Of a DNA stretch of 64,000 bases, positions 25,591-37,221 are shown piece by piece (position 1 is the stretch's first letter; every line of letters starts with the position of its first letter). A program made the translations under genes and the position numbers. Location of the stretch: assembly GCF_963921235.1 (NCBI RefSeq), contig NC_086097.1, positions 248,188,001-248,252,000 of the forward strand, read 5' to 3'. Origin of the DNA: Mobula hypostoma. Lineage: Eukaryota. Below the pieces are notes generated by a model. That model saw nothing but the letters and a program-made list of their open reading frames with translations, was not told the origin of the DNA and searched no databases.

Positions 25591-26065
25591 TACAATAACA
25601 TCAATGAAGAATGACATACACAACCAGTGTGCAAAAGAAGACAAAATGTGCAAATACAAAAAACGAGTAATAATGTTAATAATAATGTAAATCACCGGAA
25701 AGCCACAATACTAAACTACAAGAATAGTCTGAAAGTTCGTAGCAATTGAGAAATGAGTGTGCTTGGCTATGCCCGTACCCTGGGTTTTACCAGCTTGAGC
25801 TGAGAAAAATTTTAAATAATAATAAGCTATAAATTAATAATACTGAGAACTTTAGATGTAGAGCCTTTAGAAGTAGTTCAGAGATTGTGGAAGCAGTTCA
25901 GAGTTAGGTGAGTGAAATTATCCACACTGCCGTGCTGGGCGACTCAGTCAGTATGAATGTATTGGGACAAAGGGCTTGTTTGCGTGTGTCTGACTCCGTA
26001 ACTCTGGAGCTAGTCTGCCAGAAATCCCCTATCGGGCCTCTAAGTGCCTCCACACCCACCTAATA

Positions 26066-26325
26066 GCAGGGTAGCGCAGTGGTCAGCACAGGTGAACCGG
26101 GCTCAATTCCAACCGCTGCCTGTAAGGAGTTTGTACGTTCTGCCCGTGACCACGTGGGTTCCTTCCAGGCTCCAGTTTCCCCCCACAGTCCAAAGAAGTA
26201 CTGGTTGTTAGGTTAACTGGTCATTGTAAATTGCTCCGTGATTTGGCTAGGGTTAAGTCGGTGGTTGCTGGGTGGTGTGGGGCGAAGGGTTACCTGTTCC
26301 GTGATTTAACTCAATAAAATGAAAT
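26066..26325 (+). mobile_element. V-SINE (HE1-like), near full length
   Basis: tRNA-like head (tagcgcagtgg...ggctcaattcc), V-domain (ggagtttgtacgttctgcccgtgaccacgtgggtt...cccacagtccaaaga), CR1-like tail. Confidence 0.8.
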
Positions 26326-27309
26326 AATGTGGCTTTGAGCATCACTGCAATGCTCAAGCAATGTCAGAATAAATGAGCAGTCAAACCTGGCTTTGACCAA
26401 AGCACGGAATTAAGACACAGCAGAACTGACCTGGCAAATACGTTACCATATTGGAGAATCTGTTTTGGGAACAGCACTTCAGTGATATAATTTGAAGATT
26501 ATTTCTGGATTTGTGGTATCTAGTGTACTTTAGAGGTTGGTGTTATTAGCCCGAGTTACAGGTGGATATTTAAAAATATCTTATTCCATGTATTTTCAGA
26601 TATACATAAATATCGGAGGAGGTACGGGATGTAATAGCATTCATGAGTTAAATTTATTTGCAAGAGCATTGGGAGTTGTTATTAGACAATAGACCACAGA
26701 ACATTACAGCACCATACAGGCACTGCAGTCTATGACAGTGTGCCAACAAATGGCCTACTCCAAGATCAATCTAACCCTTCCTTCCTAACCGACCCTCAAT
26801 TCTTCTATCATCCATGTGCCTAAGAGTTTCTTAAATATCCTTAATGTGTTTGCCTCTATCACCACCCCTGGCAGAGTGTTCCATGCACCCACCAATCTCT
26901 GTGTAAATAAAAACTAACCACTGACATACCCCTCCATACTTGCCTCCAATCATTTAAATTACGCTCCCTCATATCCGCCTTGGGAAACATTCTCTGGCTG
27001 TCCACTCAATTTATGCCTCTTATCATCTTGTACACCTCTCATCCTCTGCTCCAGGGAGAGAAGCCCTAGGTCCTCGTAAACACTTGGATTGAATTCAGTA
27101 AATATGTTAACTTCAATGTTATATGATGAAGATGTAGCCCAAGGAACAAAGAAATTAATAAATGTAAGAATACGAAGTCTAAATAAAAAGTTTTACTTTT
27201 GCAAGTAGTGAATTGCTCACAATAATTTAACGTAGATATTTGGCAACACATTTTCTTGCAGGGGAAGCAGTGAGGTTTACATGAATGTGTGAGTACCTTT
27301 AAGAACTGT

Positions 27310-27810
27310 GTACAGGAGGTACCTAATAACGTGGCCTCTGAGTGTATTTCTGCAGGTTTGTGCTCTTCTGCTGCAGGTTTGACATGTTGTGCATTCAGAG
27401 ATGATCTGCTCAGCTCTGTTGTACTGCCTGGTTATCTGAGTTACTGTCACCTTCCTGTCAGCTTGAACCTCCTCTGTCCCCTCTCAATAACGAAGCATTT
27501 TCACTGACAGAACTGCCACTCAGTGAATGTTTTTTTGCTTTCATGCCATTCTCTGTAAATTCCAGAGTCTGTTGTGTGTGAAAATCCCAGGAGATCACCA
27601 TTTTCTGAGATACTCAAACCTGCCATCTGGCACCAACAATCATTCCACAGTCAAAGTCACTTAGATCACATTTCTTCAGCATTCTGATGCTAGTTCTGAA
27701 CAACAACTGAAGCTTTTGACCATGTATAAAAACTCAATGCTTTTATGCACTGAGTTGCTACCACATGATTGGCTGATTAGATATTCGCATTAACGAGCAG
27801 GTGTACCTAA
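27310..27810 (-). mobile_element. Tc1-like non-autonomous element
   Basis: Same family as 7679-8184. Confidence 0.75.
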
Positions 27811-29679
27811 AAATATAAATGCGTGTATATTCTGTGTTAAAGACACACTCACTCTGTTACTGACCACTGCGTGTATATTCTGTGTTAAAGACACCACTAG
27901 CTCTTTACTGGCTTGTTTTCTCTCGTCATTCAACTGACTTCATCCTTAATCGCTCTTGGCCTCTGTCATTTTCCCTGTCCCCCCCACCGATCTTAATAAT
28001 ATGGGGCTTGAAATTCCCGATGCTTGGTATCCTGCAGTAATGTATGAACAAATGCTTCCATGCGGCTAAGTTTGCACCTGCAAATTAGCAGTGTGGTTTT
28101 TCTGCTCCGCGTTTGTGCAGAGTATTTATCTGGGTCAACGTTAGTGCTTTGGGTTTTTCATTTACCTGCTCCCTGTGGCCACTTTATTATGTATACCTGT
28201 GCACCTGACCATTAATGCCTCGTTCCACACTCTCGCCACCCTGCGAGTGGAGAGGCTCCCTCTCACGTTCCCCTTAAACATTTCACCTTTCACCCTTAAT
28301 CCATGACCTCTAGCTGTAGCCTTAGTGGGGAACAATAGCGATGGGTATTCACGGTACTGTCGATGTCATTGTGGCTATGGATTAGAATGTGCAGAAGGTC
28401 TGTCACTGTCTGAAGCAGTCCAGCAATCTGCCTTCCCACTAATTGCTAGAATGGTTGTGGGGACACTGAGAAGAGTGGCTGTGAATGGGTGCTGACGTAA
28501 ACACATCCACGAGGTATAGAGGTACGGGAGGTACAGAGGGCTGAAGTCTCACACTTACCAAGTTCAAGACCACGAGGCCAAGGGTCCAGTTTATTGTGCT
28601 AGGGACTTGTAACAGCGGGCTGGAAGCTGTCCTTGAGCTTGGTGGTACGTGCTTTCAGGCTTTTGTATCTACTGTCCGATGGCAGAGGGGAGAAGAGGGA
28701 ATGTCCGGTGTAGGCGGGGTCTTTAACTCTGCCGGCTGCTTTACTGAGGCAACAAGGTGTACAGACAGAGTCCACGGAGGGGAGGCTGGTTCCCATGACG
28801 TGATGAGACATGTCCACAACTCTTTGCAGATCCTTCTGGCCGTGGCCAGAGGTTCAGTAACAGCTACTTCCCTTCAGCCATTCTAAGATCCAAAGTACAT
28901 TCATGATCAAAGAATGTATAAATTATACAGCTCGAAAATTGTCTGCTTACAGACAGCCTCAAAGCAAGAAGTTCAAGTGACCCAATTTAGAAACGACCAA
29001 AAACCACTGCACAGCGAAAGAGAGGGGGAAGACGCATCATGCAAACAATAGAAGCAAGCCGAACCAGACCGAGTGCCAGATCTGCCCCCAGACCAGCCGG
29101 AGGAGGCCCAAGCCAAGCATCGGTCCCCAGTTTTCACACCATCAGGGCAGGAGTGCACAACAGATGGATCAGATCACAGCCGCAGCACCCCGGTGAAGGG
29201 AACGAACCTTCATGGGAGAGCGAGCAAAGTTAGCCTAACCCTTGCCTCCGTACCCAACACGTGGGCTTCTATCTATATCAGTGTTTAAATTGTCCAAGCA
29301 CCAAGCAGTGCCATGTCCTAGGACCCGGATCAAGGTGTGCCAATACCTTTGGGCCACCCCGGCCGATGTTCTTCTCGATCTCACCAAATTGGCTTGGCTC
29401 TTGGAACGATCCAGTCTTGCACCTCCACATCGACTCCTCTTCAAATCGCTCACTCCACCTCCAGTTCTTGAACCAACTGGCAAAGCTCTAATAACTATAG
29501 TTTAGCAACACTGTGACTGCCTTGGTGACCTTGCACTGAAATGGACTTGTTTTTGTTCCCATGTTGCTTTTGCATTGCACCTGCTCACACATGCACTTGT
29601 GCATCTGACAATAAACTTGACTTTGACTTTGCCTTTGATGTGGCTAAAGGATTAAACTGAGAAAGAAGGATGCTGAATT

Positions 29680-30305
29680 AGATTAGATTTGATTAGATTA
29701 TGAGGACATGCAGTCCTCTTTTATTGTCATTTAGTAATGCATGCATTAAGAAATGATGCAATATTCCTCCGGTGTGATATCACAAAACACAGGACAGACC
29801 AAGACTGAAAAACTGACAAAAACCACATAATTATAACATATGGTTACAACAGTGCAACAATACCATAACTTGATGAAGAACAGGCCATGAGCATGGTAAA
29901 AAAAGTTCAAAGTCTCTCGAAAGCCCTACATCTCATGCAGACGGGAGAAGGAAGAAAACTCTCCCTGCCATGCCCGACCACAGTCCGACTCTGAGTCGTC
30001 CGAAAACTTTGAGCTCCGAACAGCCCTCCGACACCGAGCACCATCTCTGCCAAGCGCTTTGACCCCAGCCCCGGTCACCAGCAGCAGGCAAGGCCGAGGA
30101 TTTTGGGGCCTTCCCTCTGGAGATTCTCGATCGCACAGTAGCAGCGGCAGTGAACTGGGCATTGCAGAAGTTACTCCAGATGTTCTTCCTTGCTCTCACG
30201 GCTGTCTCCATCAACTCAGAATTGTGCACGGCCCCTATTTAACAAATACGATATCATTTCACTGGAGAGTCTACACACGCTGCGTTGCGCCACTATCTTC
30301 TCCTC
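29680..30305 (-). mobile_element. Non-autonomous LINE-derived element (copy 2 of 2)
   Basis: Colinear with 13590-14275. Confidence 0.7.
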
Positions 30306-30411
30306 CCCCTGAATTATTGCATATTGTCGCTGAGAAGGAGGCAAGAATGAGCTCTCTCATTTGAATCAGGGTAGGATTGGGGTTTTTACAGAAAATCTAA
30401 TATCTCTGTTA

Positions 30412-30850
30412 AAACACAAGAGATTCTGCAGATACTGGAAATCCACAGCAACACACACAAAAATGCTGGAGGAACTCAGCAGGTCAGGCAGCATCTATTG
30501 AAATGAAGATCGACATCAGCAATTGGGAAACCAATGCCAAGGACAGGAAGCTCTGGCAAGCCATCATCTGTGAAGGAACAGCAACTTTCGAAGCCAACAG
30601 ATGTGCAGAATTAGAAGAAAAGAGAAGAAAATGGAAAGAGAGGCAGCAACAACCAAAGCCTGATCTGCCGTCTGGAACTACATGTCCTGAATGAGGAAGA
30701 ACTTTCAAAGCCAAGATTGGACTCATAAGCCACTTGAGAGCCCATAAGTAGATCAACAGAACGAAGACCATCATCCTCGACCTCGAGGGATAGCCACGAC
30801 GGATTAAAATGAAGAAACAGTCTATGTTTCGGGCTGAGACCCTTCTTCAA
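30412..30850 (-). mobile_element. Penelope pLTR/hammerhead element interrupted by RTE
   Basis: Terminal motif at 30412-30500; the antisense hammerhead ttGAAGAagggtctcagcccGAAAcatagactg lies at 30818-30849, after the RTE insert. Confidence 0.65.
30510..30802 (+). mobile_element. RTE-clade LINE 3' end with C2H2-like finger
   Basis: WETNAKDRKLWQ...TCPE*GRTFKAKIGLISHLRAHK. TSD ATT(G/A)AAATGAAGA at 30497-30509 and 30803-30815. A shorter sister copy is at 39213-39341. Confidence 0.8.
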
Positions 30851-31015
30851 AAGAACTTTAAACTAATAAACACAACACCAGGGAAAATATAACGCAATTA
30901 GTAATTCTAAAACAAACAAAATCCAAGCGATGTGGTAGAATTGAACTTCAAGCACCACAGTGCATCACAGGAGCCAACCTCTCCTCGAAGGATTCCACTG
31001 CCTTAGAAAATTGTT

Positions 31016-31566
31016 ATGCAGTTTTGGTCTCCAGGTTTAAGGAAGGACATCCTGGCTGTGGAGGAGGTGCAGCGTAGGTTCACTAGGTTAATTCCTGGGA
31101 TGTCCGGACTGTCTTACGCAGAGAGGTTAGAGAGACTGGGCTTGTACACGTTGGAATTAAGGAGATTGAGGGGGGATCTGACAGGGACATATAAGATTAT
31201 TAAGAGATTGGACATGATAGAGGCAGGAAGTATGTTCCAGATGCTGGGAGAGTCCAGTACCAGAGGGCATGGTTTAAGAATAAGGGGTAGGTCATTTAGG
31301 ACAGAGTTGAGGAGGAACTTCTTCTCTCAGAGAGTTGTGGAGGTGTGAAACGCGCTGCCTCAGAAGGCAGTGGAGGCCAATTCTCTGGATGCTTTCAAGA
31401 AGGAGCTAGATAGGTATCTTATGGATAGGGGAATCAAGGGTTATGGGGACAAGGCAAGAACCGGGTATTGATAGTAGATGATCAGCCATGATCTCAGAAT
31501 GGCGGTGCAGGCTCGAAGGGCCGAATGGTCTACTTCTGCACCTATTGTCTCTTGTCTATTGTCTAT
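31016..31566 (+). mobile_element. CR1 3' fragment
   Basis: ORF 31016-31348 is the CR1 C-terminus; (TTGTCTA)n tail. Confidence 0.85.
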
Positions 31567-31734
31567 AAAAGGAGCCAGTATAATGAAGGACCCCATGCAC
31601 CCCAGACATTCTCTCTTCTTCCCTCTCCATTCAGGCAGAAGATACAAAAGCCTGAAAGCACGTACCACCAGGCTCAAGGATAACTTCTACCCTGCTGTTA
31701 TCATCTATTAAATGGTTCCCTGATATGACTTTGG

Positions 31735-32285
31735 GTGACAGGGTGGAGATGCATCTCTACCAAAGGAGGTGTAAGGTGCTCCTTCCCTCCACTAGCCTGC
31801 AGGTCGCCCTTGGGCAAGGTGTAGCACCTGCTTAGCCCCCCGATAGGGTGACATGAAGCTGTGGGAGTAAGTGGGGGATGGTCGTATGAGCAGTTGATGC
31901 ATATCACAAGTCCTGGTTATGTGACCATTGACGTCAGGCAGACAATCTCTGAAGAGTATTGATAATGGCTGGGGTCACCGGTCTTGTAAAGACACTGCCC
32001 AGAAGAAGGCAATGGCAAATGACTTCTGTAGAAAAGCCTACCAAGAACAGTCATAGTCATCATTACCAAAGTCATATGATATGGCACATGATGATGAAGA
32101 TGATGTACCTCCTTCCTGAAGGAAGCAGCAAGAAGAGAGCATGATTTGAATGGTCTTGTAAAGGCACTGCCCAGAAGAAGGCAACGATAAACCATTTCTG
32201 CAAAAAAATTTCCCGAGAACAACTATGGTCTTGGCAAAGACCATGATTGCCCATGTCATACAACATGGCAGATAATGATGATGAT
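31735..32285 (+). mobile_element. RTE-associated SINE-like element with a duplicated 3' part
   Basis: The gtcttgtaaag(a/g)cactgcccagaagaaggcaa block occurs at ~31981 and ~32153; (ATG)n tails. Confidence 0.7.
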
Positions 32286-33274
32286 AAGCTGTCACTCTTG
32301 ACCTCAGAATCTACCTCGTTATGACCTTGCACCTTATTGTGTGCCTGCTCTGCACTCTCTCCGCAGCTGTCACACTATTCTGCATTCTGTTATTGTCTCA
32401 TTTTTAACTATTTCAATGCACTGATCTGTATGAACAGTGCAAGACAAGTTTTTGTCACTCTACCTTGGTACATGTGATTCCAATTCCAATCCTAATTTGG
32501 ACTCTTCTCTTATCACTGAGAATATTTTAGGAAGTGGAGAGCACAAGGAGAATTCCTGCAGACACCTCACACTTGACCCAAAACGAGTTGTCCCCTTCTG
32601 TCTCTAGGAATGTCGCTGGTGATATGGGTGGGTGGGAGGGAGGGGGTTTGATTTGCGGTTACTGTCTGTTTTGTTTTTGCTGCTGGTGTTGTTCTGCTGA
32701 GCATTGTGGCCATGCTCTATCGATGCCAGACTATGTGGCAATACTTGCGGGCTGCCCCCAGCATATCCTTGGGCTGTGTTGTTATTTCACCGTACCTTTC
32801 GCTACACATGTGAGAAATAACTTGACCTGAAGCTGAATGGATCTACTGCTGGTGGGTTCATGTTCCATGCACAGAATGAAGATGTCTCCTGGCAACATCA
32901 GATCACCATCTTGTGTAAAGTCCACTCTCCTCCCCAACCCTCTTCCTAAAGTCTATTGGGAAATGGAAGAAGATACCCCTATTCTTGCTTGGATCTCTTG
33001 TCCTATTCCCTGGCAACCTTAGATCATCTAGGTCCCCTTACCATGAACCGAGGGATTTGTGGAACCCAGGCTGAGAACCCCTGTACTATGAGTTAGGGAC
33101 CATTGTGATGTGAGTATCATAAGGGCCATGACAGGCACTGATGAGTGCTGGACAGATCAACACCTGAGGGAAGGTGCAGAAGAAGCAGACCAGGCTAAGA
33201 ATAAAACTTGAGAAACACACTTAGAAGTTGCTAGTGAACGCAGCAGGCCAGGCAGCATCTCTAGGAAGAGGTAC

Positions 33275-33310
33275 AGTCGACATTTCAGGCTGAGACCCTT
33301 CGTCAGGACT
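33275..33310 (-). ncRNA. Best-preserved minimal type-I hammerhead ribozyme (Penelope pLTR)
   Basis: Minus strand reads AGTC-CTGACGA-AGGGTCTCAGCCT-GAAA-TGTC-GACT: stem I AGTC/GACT, stem II AGG/CCT, intact core boxes, GUC triplet. Confidence 0.7.
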
Positions 33311-33339
33311 AGACACAGAACTAGACTAAAACTTGAGAG

Positions 33340-33945
33340 CCTGTTTGACTCTGCCATGCAACAGCACCTTCAGGCCTCTCCAATGGGAATATCCATATGA
33401 TATCAAAGAATACTGGGTTCTGTTTAAATCCACATTCCTTGTACCCAAGGATGTTATTGCAAGCCCAGAAAGCATCAGGGTTGGTTTCCTGATACCGCCA
33501 TGGAGACAGAGCAAATCCTCTCCAGGGGAAAAAAAAGAATCTTGTGCTTGGCAGAATAATATTAGCAGCAAGGTCAGAAGAGAAGCTTACTCCAGAGCCA
33601 AGGCAAATATCCAACACGCGGTGAGGGAGTGAAAGAATTCTTGGTGGACTGACAAAGCCCTGGAAATCCAGAGACTGGTAGACTCTGGTGACACGAGAGG
33701 CTTCTTCAGTGTCACCAAAACAGTCTATGGTCCAAGCTACTTCAGATTAAACCCCCTGCACTCAAAGGATTGGAAGAACTTGCTAAAGAATTGGAAGGGT
33801 ATCAACAATCGATGGAGAGAGCACGTTCATGACCTTCATAACCGCAATAGCACTGCTGAACCAAAGGTTGCTAACCAAATCCTCCAGTGACCTGTTAGAG
33901 AGGACATGCAGGAACCTCCCAGTGTGAAGGAGGTCCATGATGCCG
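33340..33945 (+). mobile_element. RTE-clade LINE internal fragment (linker between APE and RT)
   Basis: Degenerate WWTDKALEIQRLVDSGDTRGFFSVTKTVYGP...RWREH...PPSVKEV. Confidence 0.75.
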
Positions 33946-34919
33946 TGGTGCTCCTGTTTCATCCCTCACTCTAAAGATGTTTGGGTTAGGGTTAGAAAGC
34001 TGTGGCCATGTTACGTTGGTGCCGGAAGTCTGTCAACGCTTGCGGGCTGCCCCCAGCACAATTGTCGGACTTTGTTGGTTGTTGAGACAAAACAGTGCCG
34101 TTGACTGTACAGTAGGCTTGTTTTGGTGTACGTGTCAATCAAGGCTAATTGTTATCTTTGCAACTAAAAGAACATAAGAAATAGGAGCAGGCGTAGGCCA
34201 TCTGGCCCGTCGAGCCTGCTCCGTCATTCCATAAGAACATGGCTGATCTGACCGTGGACTCATCTCCACCTACCTGCCTTTTCCCCATAACCCTTAATTA
34301 CCCTACTATGCAAAAATCTATCCAACCTGAGATAGCCTCCACTGCTTCAAAAGAGTTACTCTGCAAACAGATGAGAAACCCACAGCCAGTTAGTCAGTGG
34401 GATTAATTTATTTATCACATGTATATCGATAAATACAGTTGAAATGTGTTGTTTTCATCAACAACCAACACAACTCAAGGACATGCTGTGGGCAGCTCAC
34501 AGGTCTTGCCAAGCATTCTGGTACCGATATGACATGCTCACAATGTTCAGCAGAACAACACTGGCAGCAGCAACAACAGCAATGTAAACCCTTGCCCTCC
34601 CTCCCTCCCACCTTACACACAAACAGACAGTCCTCCACCCTCAGGACAGTCCGCCTCTAGGCCTCTATTCTCTAGCGGACTGGCAGACATCTGGCCTCGG
34701 ACTACGTCAGTGGCCCTGTGGAGTCACAGACCCAGGGGTTTGGCCATTGGGTCTCGACTCCCGGACTTCCACTCGATCTTTGGGCTTCGATCTCTGGTAT
34801 TGACCTCAGAACCCACCGATAATGGGACCCCAGACTCCAGGCCTCAACAGAGGGTACACAGAAAGCCTATCCTAGTTGCCTTATGGAAAGCATTTTCAAA
34901 TAAGTGATTTACACACCAC

Positions 34920-35477
34920 ACACACCACACACAATGCTGGAGGAACTCAGCAGGTCAGGCTGTATCTGCGGAAAGAAATAAAGAATCGATGTTTTGAGCT
35001 GAGATATTTTGTCAAAATTGGAAAGGAGGGGGGAAGATGCCAGATTAAAAAGGTGGGGAGAGGGGAAGGAGGATGGCTGGAAGGTGATAGGAGAAGCCAG
35101 GCGGGTGGGAAAGGTAAAGGGCTGGAGAAGAAGGAATCTGATAGGAGAGGAAAGTGGACCATGGGAGAAGGGGGCCCAGGGCAGGGGGAGGGGGTTTTAT
35201 AGGCAGATGAGAAGAGGTAAGAGGCCAGAGTGGGGAATAGATGAAGGAGGGGGAAATTTGTTTATTGAAAGGAGAAATTGATATTCATACCATCAGGTTG
35301 GAAGCTACTCAGACAGAAAATAAGGTATTGCTCTTCCATCCTGAGGATGGCCTTAACTTGGCACAAGAGGAGACCTGACCCGACACATCAGAACAAAATG
35401 GGAATCAGAATTAAAGTGTTTGGGTACTGGGAGGTCCTACTTTAGGCGGATGGAGCAGAGGTGCTCGATGAAGTGAT
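34920..35477 (-). mobile_element. Penelope-like element 3' end including the GIY-YIG endonuclease C-terminus
   Basis: Minus strand translates HFIEHLCSIR..DLPVPKHFNSDSH...LRMEEQYLIFCLSSFQPDGMNINFS, typical of the PLE endonuclease C-terminus, followed by the pLTR. Confidence 0.85.
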
Positions 35478-36044
35478 TATTTTTTTCTCTCCGCCTCACA
35501 AAACCAGTTCTGCACAAAGCTTCATCTGTTCACATTTTAGGTACAATTCCAGCTGTTGTCGGTAATTAATTTTAATTAACAGTCTTGTAGATTTGCATAG
35601 CCTTAACTCGAAGTGATTATCTATTCCTAATAACAAAGAGATTAGAGGCTTTCAATAACTCAGAGTCTGTGCAGACAAGGAACAGAACACAGAGCAGCTG
35701 CAACAGCAAAAGGTGCTACAACCATTTTATGGATCTTTTGGACAATTACTTGATTTATTTTTATTCTGCCTGACTCCATAATCGAAATCTGCAGGTGATA
35801 AAGCTAGTTTATTTGGTGCTGTGGAATTGCATTACCCCACTGAGGTGTTGGATTTCCAGCAGCTGGGCCAGGTGTGACCGGAGAGCCTGTGAGCTGGGCC
35901 TCGGTAACAGCCAAAGCCTCATGGGATAGAGTCGGCTGCCTGCAGTCAGAATCTGAATCTGAATCACAATCGGAATTAGGTTTAATTTCTCTGACATATG
36001 TCATGAAATTTGATGATTTGGGCAGCAGGGCAGTGCAATATAGC

Positions 36045-36626
36045 TGGTTCCTTAAGGTTGTCATAGCTGGGGGTGGTAAAGGGGATAGGCTCCCACTACC
36101 TATTAAATGCTCTCAATGGCGTGCATCTCAAATGGCCTCTGACAACCAAGTCCAGCTCCTTACCTTCGTGTGTGTGTGTGGCTTAGCTACAAAGCCTGCT
36201 GGAACCATTTCTACTGTCAGAAGATGGAGCGTAGGCAGTTACTAGAGTCTTAAAACCAGTCGCTACGGGCAGATGGAGCTCATCAGTCATGGTTGACAGC
36301 TCATCTAGGAGAAGGAGAACTCCGATCTCAAACCTCTGCTCCTTGCAGCTGTACCCCAACTCATGGGGAAGGCTTCGGGAGTAAACCCTGAGGGAGAAAT
36401 CTAGAGCTGGAGACACTCAGGCAGACCTACATTGAGTTCAACACTGAGTGGCAACTCCTGCAATGCCACTAGTGCCAAATTGTATTGATCTCTGTTGTTC
36501 CTTTGGATTTATCAGCTCCATGGAGAAGGGGAGCCTGCTGCATGGGCAGCAGCTTGCTCTCCATATTGTACTGCCTTGGCTTGTGTATCTAGGTAGCAAC
36601 ATCCATGGTCGACCCTGGCCGATAGA
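36045..36626 (+). mobile_element. Non-autonomous element, probably RTE-derived
   Basis: A sister copy is split across 45107-45400 and 46271-46520. Confidence 0.6.
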
Positions 36627-36639
36627 TGCCTCAGTGCAA

Positions 36640-36859
36640 CACTCACAACACGCTGGAGGAACTCAGCAGGTCAGGCAGCATCCATGGAAAAGATCGGTCG
36701 ACGTTTCAGGCCGGAACCCTTTGTCAGGATTGACGACGGTGTCCAGCCCGGAACGTCGAGCGATCTTTTCCACGGATGCTGCCCGACCTGCTGAGTTCCT
36801 CCAGCGTGTTGTGAGTGTTGCTTTGACCCCAGCATCTGCAGATTATTTTGCGTTTAAGG
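36640..36859. mobile_element. Penelope-derived fold-back element with two opposed hammerhead cores and a 13-bp TSD
   Basis: ~90-bp inverted arms span 36636-36821; TSD TGCCTCAGTGCAA at 36627-36639 and 36860-36872. Confidence 0.85.
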
Positions 36860-37221
36860 TGCCTCAGTGCAATACATTAATAAAACTATAAGTTATAATA
36901 AGAAATACTAAATAACAATGAATTGATACAATAGTGGGAGAGTAAATTAGTGCAGTAGTGTTCATTGACCATTCAGAAATCTGATGGAGAGGAAGAATCT
37001 GTTCCTGAAACATTGAGTGTGTGTTTGCAGACTCCTGTATCTCCGCTCTGATGGTACTGATGAGAAGAGGGCATGTCCTAGATGGTTCAGGTCCTTAATA
37101 ATGAATGCTGTCACCTTGAGGGATCGCTGTTTGAAGATGTTGTCAGTGCTGGGGAGGCTGGTGCCCATGATGGAGCTGGCTGAGTTTACAACTTTCTGCA
37201 GCTTTTTCTGATCCTCTCAGT

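Noticed and set aside
26600..26621. Possible AMPH microexon (ttttcag|ATATACATAAATATCGGAGGAG|gtacgg)
   Set aside because: The 22-nt length breaks the frame after a phase-0 exon, the donor is weak, and it does not resemble AMPH exon 2.
27820..27915. Direct repeat with 48-bp period as a CRISPR-like array
   Set aside because: Only two units, with similar spacers, in a vertebrate intron at a Tc1 end; a simple tandem duplication.
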